Assembly: GCA_964632185.1 (NCBI GenBank)
Contig: CAZWBF010000002.1
Coordinates: 1-45,003 of the forward strand
From: an uncultured archaeon
GTDB lineage: Archaea > Aenigmatarchaeota > Aenigmatarchaeia > CG10238-14 > CAZWBF01
Length of the DNA: 45,003 bases
Direction of reading: 5' to 3'
In this document: positions 28,366 through 37,577 of the stretch, piece by piece
How the letters are laid out: every line of letters begins with the position of its first letter
How positions within the stretch are numbered: the stretch's first letter is position 1
The notes under the pieces: model-generated
Seen by the model: the letters and a program-made list of their open reading frames with translations, nothing else
What the model was told of the DNA's origin: nothing
The model's database searches: none
Made by a program: the position numbers and the translations under genes

Positions 28366-28498
28366 CTAATCACCCAATTACAATAATTAAAATTATTAAA
28401 AGAAAAAGTATTAGTGTGTTTGGCACCCACCTTTCATCCTTATCAAAAATTAATTCTATTTTAGAGTTTAAAAAGATAATGCAAATAATTATATAGAT

Positions 28499-28571
28499 AG
28501 CCCCGTCGTCTAGCGGTCAAGGACGCCGGCCTCTGGAGCCGGAAACCCCGGTTCGAATCCGGGCGGGGCTA
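28499..28571 (+). tRNA. tRNA-Gln (CUG), intron-less, no encoded CCA
   Basis: AGCCCCG TC GTCT AGCGGTCAA GGAC G CCGGC CTCTGGA GCCGG AAAC CCCGG TTCGAAT CCGGG CGGGGCT A. The A1:U72 pair is typical of archaeal tRNA-Gln. Confidence 0.85.
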
Positions 28572-28859
28572 TTAAACTTTAAACCATTTCCTTATTTCCT
28601 TTGGAATTATTAGCAAATTAAAATTTGCCAATGTGTCAAGAATTCCCCAAATGTAATTTTCAAGTTCAAAGACTTTCACATATTCCCCTTTATCAAAAAA
28701 ATATTTCATATCTTTAAAATAAGATTTAGCTAACTCAAAAACTTCCTTACCTTCTTTTTTAACTTTTACTTTTTCAAAAACAATTTCCAGCTTTTTCTTT
28801 TCCCTGCTCAAATAATAGAAAAATTCTTCCTTCATTTTTTTAGTAATTCTTTTCTTCAT
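28572..28859 (-). CDS. small conserved archaeal protein, DUF357-like
   Basis: 95 aa. The pattern AKSYFKDMKYFFDKGEYVKVFELENYIWGILD resembles DUF357 helical proteins (assignment from memory). Confidence 0.4.
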   Translation of the reverse strand: MKKRITKKMKEEFFYYLSREKKKLEIVFEKVKVKKEGKEVFELAKSYFKDMKYFFDKGEYVKVFELENYIWGILDTLANFNLLIIPKEIRKWFKV

Positions 28860-28919
28860 TTCAAAAAGAAATTGAAAAATGTGAAAGAAATTTTTATTGC
28901 AAATTTAATCTATATTTGG

Positions 28920-30095
28920 ATGACCTATCAAAAATTTTTCAAAGGCTTGGAAAAGGCTGTAGATTTTGTTAAAAATGTGTATAAATCTGGGAATAAAGCT
29001 CTTTTAGTTCATCATAATGAGGCTGATGGCATATGCTCAGCAGCTTTAGCAATTAAAGGATTGGAAAAATTAAATTTTGAAGTAAAGGCAGTAAGTTTAG
29101 AAAAGGCTTATCCCGAGGTACTAAAGGAAATTTATAATAGCAATTATAACCTTATAACATTTACAGATTTAGCCGGATCTCATGCAGATCTAATTTGCGA
29201 GCTAAATAAATTTAACATACCAACCCTCATTCTTGACCATCATGAACCAAAAAAATCTACAAAATCTTGCGTATTAAATCTTTCCCCCGATTTTTATGGC
29301 TTAAGTGGGGATGAAGTATCTGCATCAACTATTTCATACTTTTTTGCAAAAACCATTTCTCAAGAAATAGAAGAATATGCTCATCTAGCATTAATTGGTT
29401 CTGCAGAAATTCCAGAATTGAAAGGGTTAAATTTAGAACCTGTAAAAGATGGTATTAGAAGAAAAGTAATTGAAAAATCAAAAAATGATTATAAAGTTAA
29501 AATTTTAAAAAATCTTTCTTATAAAAGATTATCAACACTTTTATCTGTTCTAGGCTCTGTTGGTTATTATCAAGATGGGCCTAAAGAAGGGTTAAAGTTA
29601 TGTTTAGAAGGTTTTGATCAAGAAATTGAAAGAAAAGCAATTGAATTAGAAAATAAAAGAAGAAATGCGAATCGAAAGCTCTTAGCAGAACTAAAAAATA
29701 AAGGATTAAACATAGATAGACAAGTACAATGGTTTCATGCAAAAAATAATTATAAAGGAATGGGTGTAAAGGTTATAGGAAGTTTTTGTTCTTATTTGCG
29801 CTACCAAACAAAAATAGTTAAACCAAATCTTTATTTACTTGGCTTTATGTACATGTCAAGAGAAATACCAAGTTTTAAACCGTTAAAAAAAGATTATACA
29901 AAAGTTTCTGGCAGAGTTCCAATTTTCTTGGAAAAGAAAATAAAAAATGGTAAAAAATTACCTTTGTCAAAAGTTTTACCAGAAGCTTGCAAACAGAATG
30001 GTGGTTTTGGAGATGGACATTCGTTAGCTGCATCTGGAATAATTATTAGAGGTAAAGAAAAAGAATTTATAAATTCGTTCAACAATTTGCTTTAA
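28920..30095 (+). CDS. DHH/DHHA1 phosphoesterase (RecJ-like / nanoRNase-like)
   Basis: DHH motifs VHHNEADGICSAA, FTDLAG and LILDHHEP, plus DHHA1 GGFGDGHSLAASG. The ORF track starts at a TTG at 28872; the first ATG is at 28920. Confidence 0.75.
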   Translation: MTYQKFFKGLEKAVDFVKNVYKSGNKALLVHHNEADGICSAALAIKGLEKLNFEVKAVSLEKAYPEVLKEIYNSNYNLITFTDLAGSHADLICELNKFNIPTLILDHHEPKKSTKSCVLNLSPDFYGLSGDEVSASTISYFFAKTISQEIEEYAHLALIGSAEIPELKGLNLEPVKDGIRRKVIEKSKNDYKVKILKNLSYKRLSTLLSVLGSVGYYQDGPKEGLKLCLEGFDQEIERKAIELENKRRNANRKLLAELKNKGLNIDRQVQWFHAKNNYKGMGVKVIGSFCSYLRYQTKIVKPNLYLLGFMYMSREIPSFKPLKKDYTKVSGRVPIFLEKKIKNGKKLPLSKVLPEACKQNGGFGDGHSLAASGIIIRGKEKEFINSFNNLL

Positions 30096-30343
30096 GACAT
30101 GCTTTTTATCATTTGCTGCAAATATTTCAGCTTTCTTTGTAAAAACTTTACTCTTTTAACACTTCTTGCATTAAATAGTTCTTGCTGTGTTTGGTAGAGT
30201 TGTTGAAATAAAAGCTGCTCTTTTTCTTCCTTTCCCATGATTACTAAATAGTAGTTACAATATATAAATTTTACTATTCTTTAGTAGCAAAATATTTAAA
30301 TCTCTCTGTAAAAAATTTTACACTTGCTACCAAATAATTAAAT

Positions 30344-31759
30344 ATGAAAAAATATTCGCTGATTTTTAGAGAAGTTTTAAAAGAAATTAAGCCGTCAAAA
30401 GAGCAAGAAGTGCATCTTAAAAGAGTTGCAAACAAGGCTTTAAAACTTGTTAAGGCTGAAGCGAAAAAATATAAAGCAAAGGCTATTTTAGCTGGCTCTA
30501 TAACAAGAAATACTTGGCTTCCTGACAAGCTAGAATTTGATATTTTTATTATGTTTCCAGAGGAAATGAAAGAAAAGAGAATGGAAAATTTGGGTTTAAG
30601 AATAGGTAAAAAGGTTGTGAGAAAATTGAAAGGTACTTTTAAAATCGAATATGCAGAACATCCTTATGTTTCTGGTAATGTAGATGGAATAGATATTGAT
30701 ATTGTACCTTGCTATGAGCTAAAAAGTTTGGAGAAAATAAAGTCTGCAGTGGATAGAACCCCTTTCCATGTTCGATATCTAGAAAAAAATTTTAAAAAAG
30801 CTATGAGTAACGAGGTTAGATTATTAAAGCAGTTTTTAAAAGCAAATGAAATTTATGGTGCTGACGCTAAAACTCAAGGATTTTCTGGTTATAGCTGTGA
30901 ACTTTTAATAATAAAGTATAAAAAATTCTTAAATCTTTTAAAAGAAGCTGTAAAGTGGAATCCTGGAGAAATAATCGATATAGAAAAATATTATACAAAA
31001 AAAGATTTTGAAAAATTAAAAATGATGTTTAAAAACCAGCCTCTCATTTTAATAGATCCTGTTGATAAAAATAGAAATACAGCTGCTGCTCTTTCACCCA
31101 GAAACTTCTTTCTATTTAAAAAATTAGCAAAGGCATTTCTTAAAAATCCTAGCAATAAATTCTTCTTTCCGAAAGAAATTAAGCCTATGAGAGAGGAAGA
31201 TTATATTAAAAAGTTAAGAAAGAGAGAAACAGAAATTATAGTTTTAAAATTTGAAAAGCCTGATGTTATTGAAGATATTCTCTGGCCTCAACTAACAAAA
31301 TTTGCAGATAGAGTTTGCTCCATTTTGAAAGAATATGATTTTAAGGTAATGAAAAAAGCAGTTTTTGCAGATGAAGAATTTTGCTATGTTTTGTTTGAAT
31401 TTGAAATTTGGAAATTGCCAGAAGTGGAAAAAAGAGTTGGACCAATAATTTTTGATTTAAAAGATTCAAAGAATTTTTTGGAAAAGTATAAAGAGGATAC
31501 AATTAATGGTCCATATGTTGAGGGAATAAGATGGGTTGTTGAAACAAAAAGAAGATTTTTAACTGCAAAAGAAAAGCTTATTGATAGTTTAAGTAAATCA
31601 TTTGAAATTTTAGTGGCTAAAGGTATTCCAAATTATATAGCTGAAAAATTAGCTAAAGGCTTTGATATATTTGCTGGTAGTGAAGTTATTTTACTTTTGA
31701 AAAATAGAAAATTTGCTATCTTCTTAAAAAAATATTTCACAAAAGAAAAATTAATATAG
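30344..31759 (+). CDS. cca: CCA-adding enzyme (class I tRNA nucleotidyltransferase)
   Basis: 471 aa with GSITRNTWLPDKLEFDIFIMF (G[SG]..R + DxD), DIVPCY and RTPFHVRYL, which are archaeal class I signatures. Confidence 0.9.
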   Translation: MKKYSLIFREVLKEIKPSKEQEVHLKRVANKALKLVKAEAKKYKAKAILAGSITRNTWLPDKLEFDIFIMFPEEMKEKRMENLGLRIGKKVVRKLKGTFKIEYAEHPYVSGNVDGIDIDIVPCYELKSLEKIKSAVDRTPFHVRYLEKNFKKAMSNEVRLLKQFLKANEIYGADAKTQGFSGYSCELLIIKYKKFLNLLKEAVKWNPGEIIDIEKYYTKKDFEKLKMMFKNQPLILIDPVDKNRNTAAALSPRNFFLFKKLAKAFLKNPSNKFFFPKEIKPMREEDYIKKLRKRETEIIVLKFEKPDVIEDILWPQLTKFADRVCSILKEYDFKVMKKAVFADEEFCYVLFEFEIWKLPEVEKRVGPIIFDLKDSKNFLEKYKEDTINGPYVEGIRWVVETKRRFLTAKEKLIDSLSKSFEILVAKGIPNYIAEKLAKGFDIFAGSEVILLLKNRKFAIFLKKYFTKEKLI

Positions 31760-31765
31760 AATATA

Positions 31766-32677
31766 ATGATAGTAATAACATTTCTTGGCACAGTTGCTGG
31801 AATTCCTACTAAAGATAGAAATCATCCAGCTATTGCATTAGAATATTTTGGTAAAGGGAAAGAAACTTTTCTTTTTGATTGTGGTGAGGGAACACAAAAA
31901 AATTTAATGATAGCTGGAATTAGCTATATGCAAATAGATAAAATTTTTATTACACATTGGCATGCTGATCATTTCGCTGGCTTAATTCCTTTGCTAGCTA
32001 CTATGAACTTAGAAAAAAGGAAAAGGGAATTGCAAATTTTTGCTCCAGAAGCTGAAAAGTTCGTAAGCAATATTTTAAGTTTAGGTTATTACGGATCAAG
32101 ATTTCCAGTAAAAGCAATAAATGTACCTTTTCATGGAAATAAAATAACTAAAGTGGATGAAAACGAAGAATATGAGATTTATTCTATTCCTGTTTTGCAT
32201 ACTGTGCCAGCAGTAGCATTTTGCTTTAAGGAAAAAGATAAGTGGAGCATAAATTTAAACAGGCTTAAAAAACTTGGATTGAAAAGAGGTAGGTGGTTGA
32301 AGAAGTTAAAGAAAGAAGGTGTGGCAACTTATAGAGGAAAGAAGATTAGCATAGAAGAAGTTGCTGACATAAAAAAAGGAAAAAAGATTGTTTATAGTGG
32401 AGATACAAAACCTTGTGAAAATATGGTAAAAATTTCAGAAAATGCAGATTTGCTAATTCACGATGGAACATTTTTAGAGCCAGATGAAATGAAAGGAAAG
32501 GCTCATACAAATGTTAAACAAGCTGCAAGAATAGCTAAAAAGGCAAAAGTCAAGCAACTAATTTTAACTAATATTAGCAGAAGATATACAAATATTAAAG
32601 AATTGGAAGAAGAGGCAAAGAAAGTTTTTCCAAATACAAAAGTTGCTTTTGATTTTATGAAAGTTAAAATTAAATAA
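31766..32677 (+). CDS. rnz: ribonuclease Z (tRNA 3' endonuclease)
   Basis: 303 aa metallo-beta-lactamase with ITHWHADHFAGL, later D/H ligands (YSGDT, HDGTF) and a C-terminal H. Confidence 0.9.
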   Translation: MIVITFLGTVAGIPTKDRNHPAIALEYFGKGKETFLFDCGEGTQKNLMIAGISYMQIDKIFITHWHADHFAGLIPLLATMNLEKRKRELQIFAPEAEKFVSNILSLGYYGSRFPVKAINVPFHGNKITKVDENEEYEIYSIPVLHTVPAVAFCFKEKDKWSINLNRLKKLGLKRGRWLKKLKKEGVATYRGKKISIEEVADIKKGKKIVYSGDTKPCENMVKISENADLLIHDGTFLEPDEMKGKAHTNVKQAARIAKKAKVKQLILTNISRRYTNIKELEEEAKKVFPNTKVAFDFMKVKIK

Positions 32678-32681
32678 TTTT

Positions 32682-33182
32682 TCAAATTTTTAAATTATTA
32701 AAAAATTCTTTTAACGCTATTTTCTTAATATACTTCACTACCCTTTCATCAACCCATTTTTCCCATTCTTCTCCTTCTTTCATCATCTTTCTTATGTTAG
32801 TTCCACTCAATATCTTAGCTTCTATTTCTTCAATTTTTTCTATTTGCTTTCTATTCTCAAAACATTTCTCTACCCAATCGCTACCAGTTATAATAACATC
32901 AAAATTAATTTTATTAATTATTTCATTCGTCCATTCTTCATCACTTTCTCTATCTTCAATTCCAAAAATTTCTATTTTATTTTCTTTTATTTCTTTTGAA
33001 AAAACTAGCTCAAGCATATTTTTCCTTTCCTCATAACTAAATGGGTTCCTTTCTTCTCTACTTTTTTTACAACTCCCTATTCCAATCAAAACTTTTTCAT
33101 ATTTTTTCAACGCATCTTCTATTACCTTAATATGACCTTTATGTAAAGGTTGAAATCTTCCAATGAAAAGTGCTATTGGCAT
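32682..33182 (-). CDS. nicotinamide-nucleotide adenylyltransferase (archaeal NMNAT)
   Basis: 166 aa with GRFQPLHKGH (the (H/T)xGH nucleotidyltransferase motif) and ISGTNIR-like SGTNIRKMM near the C-terminus. Confidence 0.85.
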   Translation of the reverse strand: MPIALFIGRFQPLHKGHIKVIEDALKKYEKVLIGIGSCKKSREERNPFSYEERKNMLELVFSKEIKENKIEIFGIEDRESDEEWTNEIINKINFDVIITGSDWVEKCFENRKQIEKIEEIEAKILSGTNIRKMMKEGEEWEKWVDERVVKYIKKIALKEFFNNLKI

Positions 33183-33236
33183 AATTAATTCTTTTTTTTT
33201 TGAAAATATTTCAATTTATAATACAATTTTTAATCA

Positions 33237-33632
33237 ATGGAAATTCATTTGGCATTAAAAGCAATTATTGAAAAAGATGAAAAGATATTGATCATTAAGA
33301 GAAGTGAGAAAGAAGATTACTTTAAAGGAGTATGGGATTTACCTGGTGGAAAAATAAGTTTCGGTGAAGAGCCATATGAATCTTTAAAAAGAGAGGTTAA
33401 AGAAGAAACAAATTTAGAAATAGAAATTATTAAACCAATAAGAGTTTGGTCAGTTTTTAAAAATACTAATATACAACTTCTTGGCGTAACAATACTTTGC
33501 AAATATAAAAGTGGAGAAGTAAAATTAAGTTCAGAACATACAGATTATGAATGGATCAAACCAGAAAAAATTGAGAATTATAATACTCCAGAAGGAATAA
33601 AAAGAGATGTAAAAGAAGCTTTTAAAGTCTAA
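33237..33632 (+). CDS. NUDIX hydrolase
   Basis: Nudix box GGKISFGEEPYESLKREVKEETNL (Gx5Ex7REUxEExGU). Confidence 0.85.
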   Translation: MEIHLALKAIIEKDEKILIIKRSEKEDYFKGVWDLPGGKISFGEEPYESLKREVKEETNLEIEIIKPIRVWSVFKNTNIQLLGVTILCKYKSGEVKLSSEHTDYEWIKPEKIENYNTPEGIKRDVKEAFKV

Positions 33633-33672
33633 TTACTTCATAAAATTTTAATCAAAGAATTTTATTGTAATT

Positions 33673-34317
33673 ATGAGAAGGTCAGCTAAAAAAGTTTGGA
33701 ATAAGATTTTCAGAGAAAAGGGTGAAAACTTTACCAGAATACAGGAAGATATACCAAAAATTACTAAATTATTTAAGAAAAATAAAGTTAAGAGAGTTCT
33801 TGATCTTGGTTGTGGTGCTGGTAGACATACTGTTTATTTAGCAAAATGTGGTTTTGATGTTTATGGTATTGACATTTCTAATGAAGGAATAAAAATTACA
33901 AAAAGAAGACTTAAAAAACAGGGGCTTAAAACTCATTTAAAGATTGGAGATATTCATAAGAAGCTTCCGTATAAAGACAATTTTTTCGATGCAATAATAA
34001 GTGTAAGAGTTTTAAATCATGGAAGAATAAGAGATATAAGAAGAGCTATAAAGGAAATTAAACGTGTATTAAAACCAAATGGTTTAATTTTTATAACTGT
34101 AAGGAAGGAGCTCCCTAAAAAGTATATTCCTAGAGAAAAGTTATATGGAATAAAATTCATAGCTCCCAGAACTTACATAATTCTTGGCGGTGATGAAAAA
34201 GGTCTAATTCATTATAAATTCAATAAAGAAATCTTGAGAAGAGAGTTTAAAGATTTTAAAACCAAAATATGGGTTGATTCTAGAAGTTATTATTGTTTAT
34301 TTGGCGTTTTAAAATAA
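33673..34317 (+). CDS. class I SAM-dependent methyltransferase
   Basis: Motif I VLDLGCGAGRHT, motif II DVYGIDIS, and post-II/III FDAIISV...LKPNGLIF. Confidence 0.8.
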   Translation: MRRSAKKVWNKIFREKGENFTRIQEDIPKITKLFKKNKVKRVLDLGCGAGRHTVYLAKCGFDVYGIDISNEGIKITKRRLKKQGLKTHLKIGDIHKKLPYKDNFFDAIISVRVLNHGRIRDIRRAIKEIKRVLKPNGLIFITVRKELPKKYIPREKLYGIKFIAPRTYIILGGDEKGLIHYKFNKEILRREFKDFKTKIWVDSRSYYCLFGVLK

Positions 34318-34421
34318 TTTAGTTAATAAAGTTATGTTCTATCTCAATAAATACGAAGAAATTTTTTGAAAGTAGGGAAATTTTTTCTAGATCTTATGAT
34401 ATATGCGAATGGTGTAAAATT

Positions 34422-35429
34422 TTAGATTCTTATAAAAAATGTTTTTTGATAGGAATCTAAAATACCTGTACTTCCATATGGAATGGTTATTATTGGATCG
34501 GTATGACCAAAATTGACATTAGCTAAAATTGGAAAATCAAAATCTTTCAATCTCTTCAAAATTAATTGATAAAATTCTTTTTTCATTTTTTCTGTATATT
34601 GGTAGGGAACTCCTAAAATCAAACCTTTTGCTTTATCAAATATTCCAATTTCTATTAATTGACTTAAATTTGCATCAACCTTTTCTATTGGATAAAATTT
34701 TCCAGGTTTTTCTCCTTCAGGAGTTTCTAAGAAAATCATTGAATTTTTAAAAGAAGGAAAATGTCTAGTTCCAGCAACTCTCAAAATGCTTGGTAAACAA
34801 CCTCCTATAAGCTTACCTTTTGCTCTTCCTTCTCTAAGCCATAAAAATTCATTTTTTTTGAATCTAGTTCTTGCAACATTTTTATACTTAGCCCAATCTA
34901 AAAATTGGTCAGTATAATTAGTTGGTTTTACTTCTATTACTTTTTCTCTTTTCATTACAATCTTGAAGAAATACTCAATCGTATAATCAAATGGTTTTGG
35001 ATATTCTCCAAATTGTGTTAAGGCCATTGGCCCATAAAAGGTTTGAACTCCAGAAGTTTTATAGAACGATAAGTGCAAAACACTGATATCAGAAAAACCA
35101 ACAAATATCTTTGGATTTTTCCTAAACGTTTTAAAATCAATGTATTTTAACAATTGAATTGAATTCTCTCCTCCAATAGCACAAATTATTGCTTTAACCT
35201 CTTTGTCATAAATCATTTCATTCAAATCTCTAGCTCTTTCCTCTGGTTCGCCGGCAATATAGCCAGTTTTCCAAAAATTTTTGCTTAATTTTACCTTTAA
35301 ATCTTGTTTTTTGAACCATTTTATTGCTCTTTTAACTCTATATTTAAAAATTCCTGCCAAACCAGCAGAAGGTGACACAAAACCTATCACATCATTCTTT
35401 TTTAAAGATGGTGGAATTAGAAGCTTCAT
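34422..35429 (-). CDS. S66-family LD-carboxypeptidase (LdcA/MccF-like)
   Basis: 335 aa with the nucleophile motif VGFSDISVLH, acidic E in FLETPEG, and C-terminal NVNFGHTDP. This is the Ser-Glu-His arrangement of peptidase S66. Confidence 0.75.
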   Translation of the reverse strand: MKLLIPPSLKKNDVIGFVSPSAGLAGIFKYRVKRAIKWFKKQDLKVKLSKNFWKTGYIAGEPEERARDLNEMIYDKEVKAIICAIGGENSIQLLKYIDFKTFRKNPKIFVGFSDISVLHLSFYKTSGVQTFYGPMALTQFGEYPKPFDYTIEYFFKIVMKREKVIEVKPTNYTDQFLDWAKYKNVARTRFKKNEFLWLREGRAKGKLIGGCLPSILRVAGTRHFPSFKNSMIFLETPEGEKPGKFYPIEKVDANLSQLIEIGIFDKAKGLILGVPYQYTEKMKKEFYQLILKRLKDFDFPILANVNFGHTDPIITIPYGSTGILDSYQKTFFIRI

Positions 35430-35494
35430 AATTTATAATTTAAAGTTTAAGGCAATTTATGTTTAACAATAAAGGGAAAGGAATTAGAGTTCCA

Positions 35495-35568
35495 TGCCCC
35501 CGCTGGGATTTGAACCCAGGTCTCAGGCTCCGCAAGCCTGCGTTCTATCCAAGCTAAACTACGGGGGC
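35495..35568 (-). tRNA. tRNA-Arg (GCG), intron-less, no encoded CCA
   Basis: Minus strand: GCCCCCG TA GTTT AGCTTGGATA GAAC G CAGGC TTGCGGA GCCTG AGAC CTGGG TTCAAAT CCCAG CGGGGGC A. Confidence 0.9.
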
Positions 35569-35604
35569 AATCTATAAAAAAGTAGATTTTCAATTTAATT
35601 AATT

Positions 35605-35763
35605 ATGAATTGCATAAGTTGTGGAATGCATATAGGAGCAGAAGAGACTTTTGTTAAGTTCGAATGTCCAAGTTGCTTAGAAGCAATTATTATTAGATGT
35701 AGGAAATGCAAAGCATTGGGAAATAAATATACTTGCCCAAAATGCGGATTTGTGGGACCATGA
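35605..35763 (+). CDS. 52-aa zinc-ribbon protein (four CxxC pairs), of the type commonly found upstream of aEF-1 beta
   Basis: Not in the ORF track because it is under 60 aa. Translation: MNCISCGMHIGAEETFVKFECPSCLEAIIIRCRKCKALGNKYTCPKCGFVGP. Its TGA overlaps the next ATG (ATGA). Confidence 0.7.
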   Translation: MNCISCGMHIGAEETFVKFECPSCLEAIIIRCRKCKALGNKYTCPKCGFVGP

Positions 35764-36017
35764 GAGTTGAAGTTATATTTAGAATTTTGCCAAAAAGCGC
35801 TGAAGTTGATATTGAGAGATTAAAGGAAAGAATTGAAAAAGAAATTATGCCAGAAAAAATTGAGGTTGAGCCAATAGCATTTGGCTTAAATGCAATAAAA
35901 ATTTCTAAAATTATTGAAGAGAGAGAGGGAGAATTAGAAAATCTGGAAAGTAAAGTAAAAAGTATAGAAGATATTGGGGAATATGATATAGTTTCTATAA
36001 CTCGTCTATTAGCTTAA
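35760..36017 (+). CDS. translation elongation factor aEF-1 beta
   Basis: 85 aa counted from the ATG at 35760 (MRVEVIFRILPKSAEVDIERLKERI...EPIAFGLNAIKI...). Size and pattern match aEF-1beta. The longer track ORF (35733) runs through the Zn-ribbon gene. Confidence 0.85.
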   Translation: MRVEVIFRILPKSAEVDIERLKERIEKEIMPEKIEVEPIAFGLNAIKISKIIEEREGELENLESKVKSIEDIGEYDIVSITRLLA

Positions 36018-36018
36018 A

Positions 36019-36267
36019 TTATAATTTTTTACATTTTTTAAAATCTGAAATTAAATTTAGCTTAGAATCAATTTCCTTGAATCCGATTTTAAGTTCTACT
36101 TCCAATCTAATCAACCAACCTAGTATGAAAATTATTAGATTTTCAAGCAAGTTTGGCGAAGCTATTATTCTAAATTGTTTAAGTAGAAAGAATAGAAGGA
36201 TAAACAAGATACCACCCCAAATTAAAATTCTTGACAGTAAATCAAAATATTCTTTCATTTTTACCAC
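36019..36267 (-). CDS. small hypothetical membrane protein
   Basis: 82 codons (GTG start; ATG at 36258) with two hydrophobic helices (ILIWGGILFILLFFLL, LIIFILGWLI). Confidence 0.35.
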   Translation of the reverse strand: MVKMKEYFDLLSRILIWGGILFILLFFLLKQFRIIASPNLLENLIIFILGWLIRLEVELKIGFKEIDSKLNLISDFKKCKKL

Positions 36268-36508
36268 TTATAGGAAACTAAACCAATTATACAAGCTATT
36301 ATAGCTGAGACTATAAGTGTAGGATACCAATTTAATTTAACTACAAAATATGAAACTAAACCAACTGCAAGAAAGGCTGTTATTCCGACAATTGTTGCTC
36401 TATCTTCTTTTGACAATCTCATAAATCAAATTGAATTAGAAATAAATATAAAATTTTATAACTTTTTTGAGTTGTTATAAATTTGAATTTTATTATCTAA
36501 TTAATATT

Positions 36509-36718
36509 ATGAAGAAAAATCTAAAAGCTGCGATTTTTTGGTTAATTGGAAGCTTATTAATTTTTCTTGGTGCAGTCTTTGCAGGAAAAATAGAAATGAA
36601 AATTGGTGTTGATTATATTTCTCTTTTAATAGCAATTCTAGTTTCATTATTTCTTATAATGCTTGGCGGCCTATTCTGGATTTGCGTTGCAGGATCAAGA
36701 AAATCTATCTTGCGATAA
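36509..36718 (+). CDS. small hypothetical membrane protein
   Basis: MKKNLKAAIFWLIGSLLIFLGAVFAG...ISLLIAILVSLFLIMLGGLFWICVAG has two to three TM helices. The start is taken at the first ATG. It overlaps the convergent DUF655 gene end by 14 nt. Confidence 0.3.
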   Translation: MKKNLKAAIFWLIGSLLIFLGAVFAGKIEMKIGVDYISLLIAILVSLFLIMLGGLFWICVAGSRKSILR

Positions 36719-37247
36719 ATAATCTATGTCTATCTCTATTTTGCAACTCTTCAATTATTCTTCTTACTATCATTTTCTTAGGATTTGGCAACATAGGAAC
36801 TCTTTTTTGGAGATCATCAAAATTCTCAAAAGGTTTTTTCTTCCTTTCTTGTATTATTTCCCACATATGTTTTTTTCCTATTCCGGGCAAGAGTTCTAAG
36901 CTGTGCAAACGAGTTGTTAGTGGACCAGCTCTATTAAAAAATTCTACAAATCTTTTTTCATTTTTATCAATTATTTCTTCCACAACTTTTTCTAGCAAAT
37001 CTTTTGCATAGGTTGTTAATTCTTCATACCTTATTCTTCCTCTTATATATTTTACTTCATCTCTCTTCTCTTCCCCAATATAAACTTTATCTAAGGGCTT
37101 AACACTTATTCCCTCTTTTATCACAACCTCTAAAAGATTAAAGAAATCTTGGCCTATTCCTTGGGCTAATGGCTCTGCTCTTTTATCCCCAGGCTTACCA
37201 TGGGGAAAAAAATCAAGAATAATTAAATATTCGTCTTTTGCCGGCAT
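36705..37247 (-). CDS. DUF655-family predicted RNA-binding protein (OB-like N-terminus plus HhH)
   Basis: 180 aa: DEYLIILDFFPHGKP...AQGIG, then LELLPGIGKKHMWEII (helix-hairpin-helix). It occupies the conserved archaeal position after L21e and RpoF. Confidence 0.75.
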   Translation of the reverse strand: MPAKDEYLIILDFFPHGKPGDKRAEPLAQGIGQDFFNLLEVVIKEGISVKPLDKVYIGEEKRDEVKYIRGRIRYEELTTYAKDLLEKVVEEIIDKNEKRFVEFFNRAGPLTTRLHSLELLPGIGKKHMWEIIQERKKKPFENFDDLQKRVPMLPNPKKMIVRRIIEELQNRDRHRLFIAR

Positions 37248-37256
37248 AGAATCACC

Positions 37257-37577
37257 TTAAATATTCTTAATAATTTCCAAGATTTGATTAACCTCTTCTT
37301 CTTTCAACAAATTAAAATCTTTATGCAAAACAATTTTTAACTCTTCTTTATCTTCTGGTAAAAAGTTTATAATAGCAGCGATATGCCTATCTCTCAAACT
37401 TTTTATTTTTTCCAATTCTTTCATCAACTTTTCAGCTTGTTTGCTATCTATCTTCACAAATTTTTTCAAATGGTCTAAAGCATTTTTTTGTTCGTACTTA
37501 AGCTCTTCTTTCTCCTTTTCTTCTAAATATTTCAAAGCCATTGCATCCGGTATATATCTTTCTTTCAAAACTCTCAT
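37257..37577 (-). CDS. rpoF: RNA polymerase subunit F (Rpb4 homologue)
   Basis: 106 aa. The pattern ..YEQKNALDHLKKF..L..EKA.KLMKEL...RHIAAIINFLPEDKEELKIVL matches archaeal RpoF. It shares an ATGA-type junction with L21e. Confidence 0.75.
   Translation of the reverse strand: MRVLKERYIPDAMALKYLEEKEKEELKYEQKNALDHLKKFVKIDSKQAEKLMKELEKIKSLRDRHIAAIINFLPEDKEELKIVLHKDFNLLKEEEVNQILEIIKNI

Noticed and set aside
30274-30528. 84-aa minus-strand ORF overlapping the 5' end of cca
   Set aside because: It is antisense to the CCA-adding enzyme gene and has a low-complexity hydrophobic translation.
35733-35759. aEF-1beta start at 35733
   Set aside because: That frame runs through the 3' end of the Zn-ribbon gene. 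The ATG at 35760, in an ATGA overlap, gives the canonical ~85-aa protein.
36682-37011. 109-aa plus-strand ORF overlapping the DUF655 gene
   Set aside because: It is antisense to a well-supported conserved gene, and no motif was recognised.
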